A stretch of 64,000 bases of DNA from an uncultured Anaerolineales bacterium (GCA_964480865.1 CAYZRP010000006.1:4064-68063), one strand, 5' to 3'. Positions 54,880-63,692 are shown, counted from the stretch's first letter. A program made the numbers and translations. Notes: generated by a model from the sequence alone, not told the origin.

Positions 54880-55917
54880 TCAGGCTTCGAGCGCGAAGAG
54901 GTGCTCGGCCGGAAAGCCGACGTGGACCGACGCGCCGTGCGCGAACATCGGTGCCGGCATCGCCAGCCGTGCCCGCACGACGAGATCCCCGACCGCGATC
55001 GTGTATTCCAACTGCTCGCCGCGAAACACGCACTCCACGACGGTTCCGACCCAGGTATTCGGCCCCGGCTCGGCCTGCACCTTGATGTGCTCCGGGCGGA
55101 TGGCAAAGAGGCCGTGTCCCGCGGGCAGGTCCGTGCCCAGGTGAAGCCGACCATGCGCGGTCTCGAGCCAGTCTGCCTCACGCCGCCCGCTGATGAAGGT
55201 CGTGATGCCCATGAAGCCGGCCACCGGTCGATGGGCCGGTCGATGAAAGAGGCGTTGCGGAGCGTCAAGGCCGATGATGGCGCCGTCTTGGATCACGGCC
55301 ATTCGATCCGACATCGCCATCGCTTCGCCGAGGTCGTGGGTTACCAGGATCGTCGTGATGGCGAGCTCGCGCTGCAGACTTCGGATCGCGGATTGCAGAT
55401 GCTGGCGCGCGGCGGTGTCGAGGCTGCTGAGGGGTTCATCCAGCAGGAGCACATTGGGCCGTGTGACGAGCGCCCGTGCCAGCGAGACGCGCTGTTGCTC
55501 GCCGCCTGAGAGTTGCGCGGGCCGCCGGCGCTCGATCCCGGGCAGGCCGATCAGGTCGAGCATCCGGCCGACCTCGCGCTGGATGTCGCGGGCGCTGTGC
55601 CCCTTGACCTTGAGCCCGAACCCGATGTTGTCGGCCACCGAGAGAAACGGGAACAGATACGCCTTCTGGAACATGAACACGGCGCCGCGCTTGTTGGGTG
55701 CGAGATCCAGGATCGACTCGCCATCGAAGTGCACGTCACCGGCATCGGGCCGTTCGAGGCCCGCGATCACTTTGAGCAGCGTGGACTTCCCCGCGCCTGA
55801 GGGGCCCAGGAGCGCGACAAGCTCGCCGGGCACCACCGACAGAGACAGGTCGGCCAGCACCGGTGCGCCGCGGCCGGGATAGCGTTTATGGAGGGCGATC
55901 AGGTCGACGCGGGTCAT
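54880..55917 (-). CDS. ABC transporter ATP-binding protein (PotA/FbpC-like)
   Basis: ATG at 55917. Walker A GPSGAGKST, signature LSGGEQQR, Walker B LLLDEP. C-terminal TOBE-like domain. Confidence 0.85.
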   Translation of the reverse strand: MTRVDLIALHKRYPGRGAPVLADLSLSVVPGELVALLGPSGAGKSTLLKVIAGLERPDAGDVHFDGESILDLAPNKRGAVFMFQKAYLFPFLSVADNIGFGLKVKGHSARDIQREVGRMLDLIGLPGIERRRPAQLSGGEQQRVSLARALVTRPNVLLLDEPLSSLDTAARQHLQSAIRSLQRELAITTILVTHDLGEAMAMSDRMAVIQDGAIIGLDAPQRLFHRPAHRPVAGFMGITTFISGRREADWLETAHGRLHLGTDLPAGHGLFAIRPEHIKVQAEPGPNTWVGTVVECVFRGEQLEYTIAVGDLVVRARLAMPAPMFAHGASVHVGFPAEHLFALEA

Positions 55918-56714
55918 CAGAAGGGCTCGTGGATGGGACCGTCGGGCTGGCGCAGCTGCCACGCGGTCGCGGCGATGACCACCAAAGGCGGCCCCAGAAA
56001 GATGAGCGAGAGCGCGGCGGTCGTGGCCGGGTTGCCGCCGGCTGCGGCCGAGAAGACGAGCACGGGCAGAGTCAGGATGCGTCCCGAGCCCACCAGCAAC
56101 GTCAACAGGTACTGGCTCCACGAGATCAGGAACGCAAACAACCCGGCCACCAGCAGGCCCGGCGCGAGCAGGGGCAGGCTGATCGTGAGCAGCGTGCGCA
56201 GGCGGCCCGCGCCCAGGGCCAACGCCTGATGCTCGAAACCTTCGTCATAGCGGGCAAAGGCCCCGGCCAGCGTGAAGATCACGTAGGGCAGGGTCGGGAC
56301 GAGATGGGCGAGGATGACGCCGATGAGCGTGCCGGCCAGCCCGGCCCTGAGGAAGAAGATGTTGAGGCCCATGCCGATGGCCAGCGGCGGCACCACGGTC
56401 GGGAGGAAGAGCAAGGTCCAGGCCGCCTGACGTCCCGCGAACCGGCGCAGGCCCAGCACGCGCGCGGCCGGGTAACCGATCGCGAGCGACAACGCCGTGA
56501 CAGCGATCGCGATCGTCAGACCGTCGCGAGCACCGGCGATGACCTGCGGGTCGCTCAGGGTGCGTTGCAGAGTCGTGATCGTCCACTCGGTCGGAAACGG
56601 CTGCGGGTAGAACCAGCGCAGCGACAACGCCGACAGCGCGAAGACCCCCAGCGGCGCGAGCAGCGCGACCGCCAGGCCGCCTCGCCCGGCTCGGTGCAGC
56701 AGCGCGCGCCTCAC
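55917..56714 (-). CDS. ABC transporter permease
   Basis: 265 aa with six TM helices. Overlaps both neighbouring genes. Confidence 0.8.
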   Translation of the reverse strand: MRRALLHRAGRGGLAVALLAPLGVFALSALSLRWFYPQPFPTEWTITTLQRTLSDPQVIAGARDGLTIAIAVTALSLAIGYPAARVLGLRRFAGRQAAWTLLFLPTVVPPLAIGMGLNIFFLRAGLAGTLIGVILAHLVPTLPYVIFTLAGAFARYDEGFEHQALALGAGRLRTLLTISLPLLAPGLLVAGLFAFLISWSQYLLTLLVGSGRILTLPVLVFSAAAGGNPATTAALSLIFLGPPLVVIAATAWQLRQPDGPIHEPF

Positions 56715-57649
56715 GCGTCAGCACTCCGGCGCTGAGCCAGCAGCGCCACGCCAACCACGAACAGCGTGACGATCAGGCTGATCGCCATCCCATCCGCGCG
56801 CGCGTGAAGATCGGGGTCGTTGAAGAAGCGCAGCGCCAGCACCGGCAACATCCGCGGATACGTGACACCGAGCAGCGCGGGCACCTCATAGCTGCTGAAC
56901 ACAAAGCCGAAGACCAGCAACGCGCCGGACGTCAGCGCCGGCGCGATCAGGGGCAAGGTGACGAGGCGCAGCCGCTGCCAGCGTGTCGCGCCCAGGTTCT
57001 CGGCGACCCACCCATAGGCGCCGGGCTGAGCGCGCAGGACGGCCAACAGCAACAGGGTCAGAAAGGGCGTCTCCTTGGTCACGTACTGCAGCAGGATCCC
57101 GATCCCAAACCGATCGCGAACCAGGACCGGGAAGTCCGCCGGGATCTGGATCCAACCCAGCGCCGCAACCCACCGCGCGAGGAGGCCGCTCTGAGCCAGC
57201 AGGAGCAGGAGCAGCACCGACCACACGAGATGCGGGAACGCCAGGTTCCAGTTCAAGACGAACGTGACGCTCGGCGAAGCCGCCTGACGCCGTTCGGTCA
57301 GCCAGAGCGCCAGCGCCACGGCCAACGCCGAAGCGAGAACCGTGGATCCGGCGCTGACCCAGAGCGAGAAGGCGAGCGAGCCCCAGAACTCACGCCCGGC
57401 CAGGCCTTCGCCGAGCGCGAGCTGGCGATAGGCCTCGAGGCTCGGCGTGGTCTGCCCGATCTCGGGCTGAAATCCGACGCTCTGCGCCACGCCATAGCCG
57501 AGGCCGACGCCGACCAGCACAGTCACCAGGACCAGAGCCGGGGCCAGCGCCAACCACGGCGCCAGGAGCGCGCCGCGTGAGACACGCGCGCCGGGCCGAA
57601 CACGCGCCTCGCGTGGAACACGCGCCTCGCGTGGAACACGCGCCCTCAC
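56711..57649 (-). CDS. ABC transporter permease (true start probably downstream of 57649, e.g. TTG at 57553)
   Basis: Six TM helices. The first ~30 codons of the ORF are the tandem palindromic repeat directly after the SBP stop and are unlikely to be coding. Confidence 0.7.
   Translation of the reverse strand: MRARVPREARVPREARVRPGARVSRGALLAPWLALAPALVLVTVLVGVGLGYGVAQSVGFQPEIGQTTPSLEAYRQLALGEGLAGREFWGSLAFSLWVSAGSTVLASALAVALALWLTERRQAASPSVTFVLNWNLAFPHLVWSVLLLLLLAQSGLLARWVAALGWIQIPADFPVLVRDRFGIGILLQYVTKETPFLTLLLLAVLRAQPGAYGWVAENLGATRWQRLRLVTLPLIAPALTSGALLVFGFVFSSYEVPALLGVTYPRMLPVLALRFFNDPDLHARADGMAISLIVTLFVVGVALLAQRRSADA
57598..57645. repeat. 18-nt tandem repeat (2.7 copies), each unit an inverted repeat CACGCG-cct-CGCGTG
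   Basis: GAACACGCGCCTCGCGTG at 57598-57615 and 57616-57633, with a partial third copy running to 57645. It abuts the SBP stop codon (57646-57648). Confidence 0.7.
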
Positions 57650-58935
57650 TTCTGCACCACCTCCGCCAGCCAGCCCTGTTCGACAAGGTTCTGGTATTCG
57701 GCGGCCGTGTCGCCGACCAGCGAACGCGCGAGATCCGCCGCCGGCGTGGCCGAGTCGCCCAGGCGCGTGGCCGAGGACTTGAGGTGCTCGATGGCGGCCG
57801 ACCCGCTGACTCGAGTCACGTCGATGGCATAGCCCAGGCCGAAGCCGTTCTCGGGCAGGATCTGCGCGGCCTGGAACTCGGGCTCGAGGAGCAGGTTGGC
57901 GAGCACCAACGCCGCGGCCTTGTGCGGCGCGTTGGCCGGGATCGCGACGTAGTTGAAGTCGCCGATCATGTTCGCATCGAAGACGAAGGCCCGCGATGTC
58001 GCCGGGAGCAGCCCGGCCTGGATGCCCGTGCCCGCGCCGGTGATGTCGTTGGTCATGCTGAAGTCGACCTCGCGATTGGCGAACAGGCCCTTGAGCTCCG
58101 CTTCATCCTTTGGATAGGTCTCGCCCTGGCGCCACAGGCACGGCTCGAGCCCGTTGAGGTATCCCCACAACTCAGACGCCCAGCGCTCCCACGTCGCAGG
58201 ATCGAACGACTGCCACGCGGCGGGGCCACCGCTGAGTTCGTACAGCGCGCCCTTGACGAACCGGGTCCCGAGGAAGCCGCCCGGCCCGGGCGCGATGTAC
58301 GTGAACCGGCCCGGGTGTTCGCAGGCCCAGGTCTTGAGCTCCGCGTAGGAGCGGGGCAGATCGGCCGCCGTCATTCGTTCGGAGTCGTAGACGAACTGGA
58401 ACTGCGCCGACGACCACGGGCTCTCGTAGGTCTCGACGGGGTGCCCGAAGTCGAGGTTGAGGGCCGGGTTGTCCCAGTCGACAAGGGCGCTGTTGGGCAG
58501 ACGGCGAGACCAGCCGCCATAGAGCAGGTCGGCCTGCCGCAGGGTGAAGAAGTTCTCACCGTTGATCCAGATCAGATCGACGACGCCCGGGTCGACGCCG
58601 GCCTGCTTCTCGCTGAGCACCTGGTTGACGGCGTCGACCGTGTCGGCCACCGGAACGCGGTTGAGCGTGATGCCGTAGCGTTCCTTCAGGGCCTTGCCGT
58701 AGAAGCCGTCGACGAAGGCGTTGATGCTGTCAGAGCCGCCCCAGATGTACCAGTTGACGGTCTGGCCGCGAGCTGCAGCGATGACGCTGTCCCAGTCGTC
58801 GAGAGCCGGGTCCGAGCTGGTGGTCTCGTGGGTTGGCGCCGGCACGGTTGTGGGCGCCGTGGGTTGGGGCGGCGTGCCAGCGCAAGCCGCCAGGAAGGCA
58901 GCGATCAGGATCAGAAGACTGGGTCGCAATCGCAT
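57646..58935 (-). CDS. ABC transporter substrate-binding lipoprotein
   Basis: ATG at 58935 preceded by AAGGGAG (MRLRPSLLILIAAFLAAC lipobox). Family-1 solute-binding-like. Confidence 0.8.
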   Translation of the reverse strand: MRLRPSLLILIAAFLAACAGTPPQPTAPTTVPAPTHETTSSDPALDDWDSVIAAARGQTVNWYIWGGSDSINAFVDGFYGKALKERYGITLNRVPVADTVDAVNQVLSEKQAGVDPGVVDLIWINGENFFTLRQADLLYGGWSRRLPNSALVDWDNPALNLDFGHPVETYESPWSSAQFQFVYDSERMTAADLPRSYAELKTWACEHPGRFTYIAPGPGGFLGTRFVKGALYELSGGPAAWQSFDPATWERWASELWGYLNGLEPCLWRQGETYPKDEAELKGLFANREVDFSMTNDITGAGTGIQAGLLPATSRAFVFDANMIGDFNYVAIPANAPHKAAALVLANLLLEPEFQAAQILPENGFGLGYAIDVTRVSGSAAIEHLKSSATRLGDSATPAADLARSLVGDTAAEYQNLVEQGWLAEVVQK

Positions 58936-58958
58936 CAGTTGGGCTCCCTTTTGCATGA

Positions 58959-60389
58959 CTATTTTGAACCGACGACCGGTCGTGCGAAACGGTAGCGCAG
59001 GTAGGCGCCGATCTCGCGGCTCAGGTGGGTCAACGTCTCGCGCAGGAAGAGATCGCCGACCTTGAGGATCCCGCTCGAGTAGGTGGGATAGGGGTACACC
59101 AGCCGCTGCAGCTGATAGAGCGAGATCCGCTGGCTCATCGCGAGGGTGAAGAGCGAGATCATCTCCGACGCGCGTGGCCCGACGATGGTGGCGTGCAGGA
59201 TCTGGCCGGTCAGGCGCACCGCATCGACGATGATGAAGCCGTTTTCGACGTCGTCGGTGTAGCCGCGATCGGTCTGCGTCTTAAAGTCCACGCGCACGCG
59301 GGTGACGGCCTCTGGGTGACAGCGCTGCGCGAGCTGCTGCGCCGACAGGCCGACCGTGGCGACCTCGGGGTCGCTGAAGGTCGCGCTCGGGAACAGCGGC
59401 TCCTGGCGCGCGAGCGGCAGCCACGGGAAGGCGATCCGTTGGGTCACGCGCCGGCCCTGGGCGTTGGCCGAATGCGTGAAGGCCGAGGTGGGTGTGACGT
59501 CGCCGATAGCGTAGACGCCCTTGACGCTGGTCTCTCCGTAGCTGTTCACCAGGATGCCCTGTCGCGGATCGGTGCGGATCCCGGCGGTTTCGAGGCCGAG
59601 CTGATCGATGTTGCGCACGCGCCCGACGGCGACCAGGACTTTGTCGACGTCCGTCAGCGTGATCTCGTCTGAGCCGGTCTCGATTGTGAGCGCCCGCGTC
59701 GCAGCATCGAATCTTTTCGCGGCGGAATCGCAGTGCAGGGTGATCCCGCGCCGACATAGTTCGGCCTGGATGGCTTCCGAGGCTTCGGGGATCGCTCTGG
59801 CCAATGGCCGCCGGTCGCGCGTGCACAGAGTGACGCGGGTGCCGAGCTTGTGGAACGCGAACGCCATCTCGAGCGCGATCACGCCGGCGCCGACGATCAC
59901 GAGATGCTCGGGCACCGCGCGCAGATCGAACAGGCTCTCGTTGGTGAGGATCATCTCGGCCGGCATTCCCGGGATGTCGATCAGACGCGGGCGGGCGCCG
60001 GTGGCGATGACGATGTGATCGCCCGACATCTGGCGCGTGCCTTCCGGACCGGTGACCTCGAGCGTCTTCGGCCCGACGAAGCGTGCCCGGCCGCGCACGA
60101 AGGTCAGGTTCGGCGTGTGTTCGACCTCCTCGGTCTCCTTGTCGCGTAACGCGTCGCGCTTGCGGGTTACCTCGCGCGCGACAGCATCTGGATCCATGCC
60201 GGGCTTGAAGTGCCTGGCCAGGTGGATGAGCGTCTTCGAGGGCACACAGCCGACGTTGGTGCAGTCGCCGCCGACGTGAAGGGCTTCGATCAACGTCACG
60301 GGCCGGCCGAGGCCCGCGAGCCCGATGGCGACCGTCATCCCGCCTGAGCCGGACCCAATGACGATATGGGGGTGATGTTCGGTTGTCAT
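58959..60389 (-). CDS. class I pyridine nucleotide-disulfide oxidoreductase (dihydrolipoamide dehydrogenase / mercuric reductase-like)
   Basis: ATG at 60389. FAD motif IVIGSGSGG, redox disulfide GGDCTNVGCVPSK, NAD motif VIVGAGVIALE. Confidence 0.85.
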   Translation of the reverse strand: MTTEHHPHIVIGSGSGGMTVAIGLAGLGRPVTLIEALHVGGDCTNVGCVPSKTLIHLARHFKPGMDPDAVAREVTRKRDALRDKETEEVEHTPNLTFVRGRARFVGPKTLEVTGPEGTRQMSGDHIVIATGARPRLIDIPGMPAEMILTNESLFDLRAVPEHLVIVGAGVIALEMAFAFHKLGTRVTLCTRDRRPLARAIPEASEAIQAELCRRGITLHCDSAAKRFDAATRALTIETGSDEITLTDVDKVLVAVGRVRNIDQLGLETAGIRTDPRQGILVNSYGETSVKGVYAIGDVTPTSAFTHSANAQGRRVTQRIAFPWLPLARQEPLFPSATFSDPEVATVGLSAQQLAQRCHPEAVTRVRVDFKTQTDRGYTDDVENGFIIVDAVRLTGQILHATIVGPRASEMISLFTLAMSQRISLYQLQRLVYPYPTYSSGILKVGDLFLRETLTHLSREIGAYLRYRFARPVVGSK

Positions 60390-61114
60390 GCGGACGTCCC
60401 TTCGCGTCGGCGGAACCATTGAGCCAGGAGCAGGCTGAGCGCAAACACGGCCAGCGATGACAGCAAAGTCACCGGGTTGAGCGTCGGCAGTGAGCCATCG
60501 AACCGTTCGATCGAAGCGCCGAACCCGACGAAGGCCAGGGTGCCCGGGATGGAACCCAGCGCCGTCGCCAACAAGAACGGGAGGAACTTGATGCGCAGGA
60601 AGCCGGCCACATACGTGACGAGATCGTAGGGCAGGAAGATGAACCGCATGATCAGGACGGTCTCAAAGCTCCTGTCGCGCAGCCGGGCCGTGTAGCGCTC
60701 GATCCAGTTCGTCGTGCCGGCTTCGGGGATCAGGCCCTTGCCGAAGAAGCGCCCGAGCAGATAGGCCAGGGCCGTCGAGGCGTTGCTGGCCAGGATCGTG
60801 TAGAGGACACCCAGCGTGGGCCCGAACACATGACCGCCCAGCACGGTCAGCACCGTGGAAGGGAAGAAGATGAACGGGCGGACCACATACAGCACGATAT
60901 AGAGCAGCGGCCCCCAAAACGACGACCGGAGGAAGTCCGCCAGGCGTGTGGCCACGTCGAGCGGCGACAGATTCTGGCTCAGGGTGTACCCGAAATACGT
61001 CGCCAGAAGACCGAGCCACACGCCGCCCGCGACAATCTGAAGAAGGTGGCGTCTGGCCCAGCCCGGGCCGGATCGAGAAGGCGAACTCAAAGTCGGTGTT
61101 TCCATGATCCCCAT
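60386..61114 (-). CDS. TVP38/TMEM64 (DedA-related) family membrane protein
   Basis: ..FFPSTVLTVLGGHVFGPTLGVLYTILASNASTALAYLLGRFFG.. A 4-nt overlap links it to the oxidoreductase gene. Confidence 0.8.
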   Translation of the reverse strand: MGIMETPTLSSPSRSGPGWARRHLLQIVAGGVWLGLLATYFGYTLSQNLSPLDVATRLADFLRSSFWGPLLYIVLYVVRPFIFFPSTVLTVLGGHVFGPTLGVLYTILASNASTALAYLLGRFFGKGLIPEAGTTNWIERYTARLRDRSFETVLIMRFIFLPYDLVTYVAGFLRIKFLPFLLATALGSIPGTLAFVGFGASIERFDGSLPTLNPVTLLSSLAVFALSLLLAQWFRRREGTSA

Positions 61115-61169
61115 TCAGACTCATTCATCAGACAAAAACCTTACGTACGGGTGACAGTCGATTCGTCAT

Positions 61170-61359
61170 CTACCCGACGGCTGTCGCGCAGCGCCTGACA
61201 CTCGAGGTGGTCGAGACCGCATACGGCACGATCGCCGTCAACGTGATTCGGAAGGCGCGGGCCCCCGTCGATCTCGCCGCGTAGGAGAGCCGCGCCATGG
61301 TTGATGGCAGTCAGCAGACAACCGACGGCCAGGGCTGCGAGGGCCGCGCGCCGGACCAC
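61170..61359 (-). pseudogene. NrtS-like small membrane protein gene with frameshift in a G/C homopolymer
   Basis: VVRRAALAALAVGCLLTAINHGAALLRGEIDGG, then in another frame ARAFRITLTAIVPYAVSTTS. The shift falls at GGGCCCCC (61259-61266). Confidence 0.35.
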
Positions 61360-61555
61360 TATTGGAGTGGTCGCCAGCGGGAGCCAGGTCGGTCGCTGGT
61401 TAGCCGTTATCGGATCGCGTCCATCTGGCGAACTGGATCGGCGGCTATTGGGCTCTAGACGACGTGAACAGGGCGATTCTTACCCCGCGGGCCTATGGTG
61501 AGCAGCCCGTCGTCAGGGCGTGATGGAGTTGGGGAGGGTCGACGGAGGCGAGCGG

Positions 61556-61873
61556 TCAGGCAGTCAGATCGGTGTGGCTGTTCTTCAGCACGCGAAGCAA
61601 GGCCTCGAATTCGTCATGACAGTCGGGACAGTGGTCCAGATGGTGCTGGACGAGGGGCATCAGCGCGGCGGCATCCTCGCCGCGGAGGGCCGATTCCGCG
61701 AACTGGTCGAGGACCGCGAGCACGTCGTCGCAGGACAACTCGATCTCGCGTGTGTCCTCGAGTTGAGACAGCAGCATGATCGTCGCGTCGCTGCGAGGCG
61801 CGCGGGTGGGCTCGGGATGTCTCCGCCTGAGCCAGTTGAGTAGCCGATCAAAGAGCTCCATCGTGTCCTTCAC
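61556..61873 (-). CDS. anti-sigma factor (zf-HC2 type)
   Basis: HLDHCPDCHDEF is the H-x3-C-x2-C motif. It lies immediately downstream of the ECF sigma gene. Confidence 0.7.
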   Translation of the reverse strand: MKDTMELFDRLLNWLRRRHPEPTRAPRSDATIMLLSQLEDTREIELSCDDVLAVLDQFAESALRGEDAAALMPLVQHHLDHCPDCHDEFEALLRVLKNSHTDLTA

Positions 61874-61900
61874 ATCTAGACGTCTTTGGTAAGCCGCCTC

Positions 61901-62635
61901 TTACTTCGCCGCGAAAATCGTCAGGGCCTCGGCCGGCGTCAGGCCTTCGCGCTCCAGACGGCGCTTGAGCCTGACGCGAGCGTCGTGGAGCAGCTTATAG
62001 AGCGCATTTCGTTCGGTGCCCATGCGGCGCGCCACTTCCTCAAGCGGGAGCCCCTGGATCGCCAGGGCCACCATCGCCTGCCGCTGGCGATCGGTCAGTT
62101 CTTCCTGAAGCATGCGCTCCACCCGGGTGAGCAAATCGTTGCGTTCGGTGAGCGTCTCGGGGCCGGCTGCCGGGTCCGCAGCCCAGTGCGGCTCCTCGGC
62201 CGAGGGCGTGCTCTCCATCTGCGCCTCGAGCGAGACATCCTGCCACTTACGACGTCGCAGTTCTGTCAGGGCGATGCGAACGGCGATTTTGTGGACCCAG
62301 GTGGTGAACTGGCTGCGACCTTCGAAAGAGTCAAGGCGTTCGAGGACGCGCACCAACGTGTTCTGCGCGACTTCGTCGGCAAGCGGGCTGAACGCCGGAT
62401 CGTCGGGTTTGAGCCAGGTGGAGAGGGCGTAGGGCAGGCCGCTCAGGACGATCGCGCGCAAATCGGCGAGCGCAGCATCCCGGGTCGGTTCGGCCCCGCG
62501 AAGGTCGTGCAGCCATTCGTCGTTTGAGCGATGAACCACGCTGGCATTGTAGTCGGCCCGCGCAACACAGTGACCGTTCCGCAGACGTTCGTACAACGCT
62601 CGCCGATGAGATAAGGGATCGTCAGCCCATGGCAT
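61901..62635 (-). CDS. ECF (sigma-70 family) sigma factor
   Basis: Region 2 (..FTTWVHKIAVRIALTELRRR) and region 4 (LTDRQRQAMVALAIQGLPLEEVARRMGTERNALYKLLHDARVRLK). The N-terminal start is uncertain. Confidence 0.8.
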   Translation of the reverse strand: MPWADDPLSHRRALYERLRNGHCVARADYNASVVHRSNDEWLHDLRGAEPTRDAALADLRAIVLSGLPYALSTWLKPDDPAFSPLADEVAQNTLVRVLERLDSFEGRSQFTTWVHKIAVRIALTELRRRKWQDVSLEAQMESTPSAEEPHWAADPAAGPETLTERNDLLTRVERMLQEELTDRQRQAMVALAIQGLPLEEVARRMGTERNALYKLLHDARVRLKRRLEREGLTPAEALTIFAAK

Positions 62636-62681
62636 CCAGAGGGGATTCGGCTATGTCGGCCGATCTCCTGAGGAACGACTC

Positions 62682-63110
62682 ATGTCGACCCTGACTTTGA
62701 AGGCGAACACGACCCATCACATTCTGTCCGGTGCGTTGGCCGGGCTGATCGGTGGCGCGGTCTTCGGAGTGCTGATGACGGGCATGCTGCCGAGGGTCGG
62801 AAGGCTCGTGGGGCAGGAGAAAAACATCGTTGGTCTGACCGTGCATCTCGCAATCAGCGCGATCATCGACGTGATCCATGCCGTAGCTGCGGCTCGCTTG
62901 CTCGCGGGCCGACTCCCGGCCGTCCTGACGGGCATGGCCAACGGCGGGATATGGTGGGCATTGGGCGTTGTCGTGCTCATGCCGCTCGGGCTGGGGATGC
63001 CGCAGATGGTCTTCGCCCTGGGCATGCCCCAGTGGATGAGTCTGATGGGCCATCTGATCTTCGGCATCGTTTCCGCCCTGGCGTTGGCGCCCATTCAGAA
63101 GCGGATCTGA
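62682..63110 (+). CDS. hypothetical membrane protein
   Basis: 142 aa with four TM helices, divergent from the sigma operon. Confidence 0.5.
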   Translation: MSTLTLKANTTHHILSGALAGLIGGAVFGVLMTGMLPRVGRLVGQEKNIVGLTVHLAISAIIDVIHAVAAARLLAGRLPAVLTGMANGGIWWALGVVVLMPLGLGMPQMVFALGMPQWMSLMGHLIFGIVSALALAPIQKRI

Positions 63111-63250
63111 CAGATCCTGACGGGCGGGGCTGCGTCGTCGTAGGGGTCGCCGCACCCAAAGGTCCAAACGATCCTGTTGATCGGGTTTGCACGGGTTGAA
63201 CCCGAATGATCAATCCGACCTGCGGATGATCTGGACTCGCATCGACAGCG

Positions 63251-63279
63251 TTGATATATGCCCAGCCGGGCTGTACTGT
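63251..63279 (+). promoter_or_regulatory. sigma70-like promoter of sRNA copy D
   Basis: TTGATA (63251-63256), a 17-nt spacer, then TACTGT (63274-63279). Confidence 0.55.
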
Positions 63280-63285
63280 ATCTGC

Positions 63286-63465
63286 CAACAATGCACTTTG
63301 CCGGGCTCCCCATAACCCCGCCTCTCCGGGGTTTCGTCGCGCCGTGGCTCAACGGTCTGAAATGCGCGGCGACAGCATGACAACTCGTAAGCCGGGGGTG
63401 TAGGTTCGAATCCTGCCCGTGCTTCTTAAATGCCGTGATCGATTGCGATCACGGCATTCTTCTTT
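63286..63465 (+). ncRNA. unclassified small RNA with tRNA-fMet 3'-half tail, copy D (diverged)
   Basis: Collinear with copies A-C but carries many substitutions (CTCGTAA instead of CTCATAA). The T-arm GTAGGTTCGAATCCTGC is intact. The terminator is TGCCGTGATCG/CGATCACGGCA (63431-63456) followed by TTCTTCTTT. Confidence 0.6.
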
Positions 63466-63692
63466 GCCTGCTGGTGATCTTGGGCGCTCGTCATCAGCGG
63501 GCAGCAGCTCAATGCCCAATTGCCGACGTTCACTGGATCGGGCCGGCGCACCTCGTGTCTTTTCTTCTATCAGGATGTTGCCGCACGCCTGGAAGAAGTG
63601 GTTCGCGACCAGTTCATGCAAGGCCCAGCGAATGGCCGGAATGCGCGATAATCCCGCATCGTTACAGTCACGGCCAAGAGATAGGAGAGCCG

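Noticed and set aside
63130-63225. Imperfect hairpin TTGATCGGGTT..AACCCGAATGATCAA after the 62682..63110 membrane-protein gene as a terminator
   Set aside because: The stem is interrupted and there is no U-run. It may just be chance symmetry upstream of the copy D promoter.
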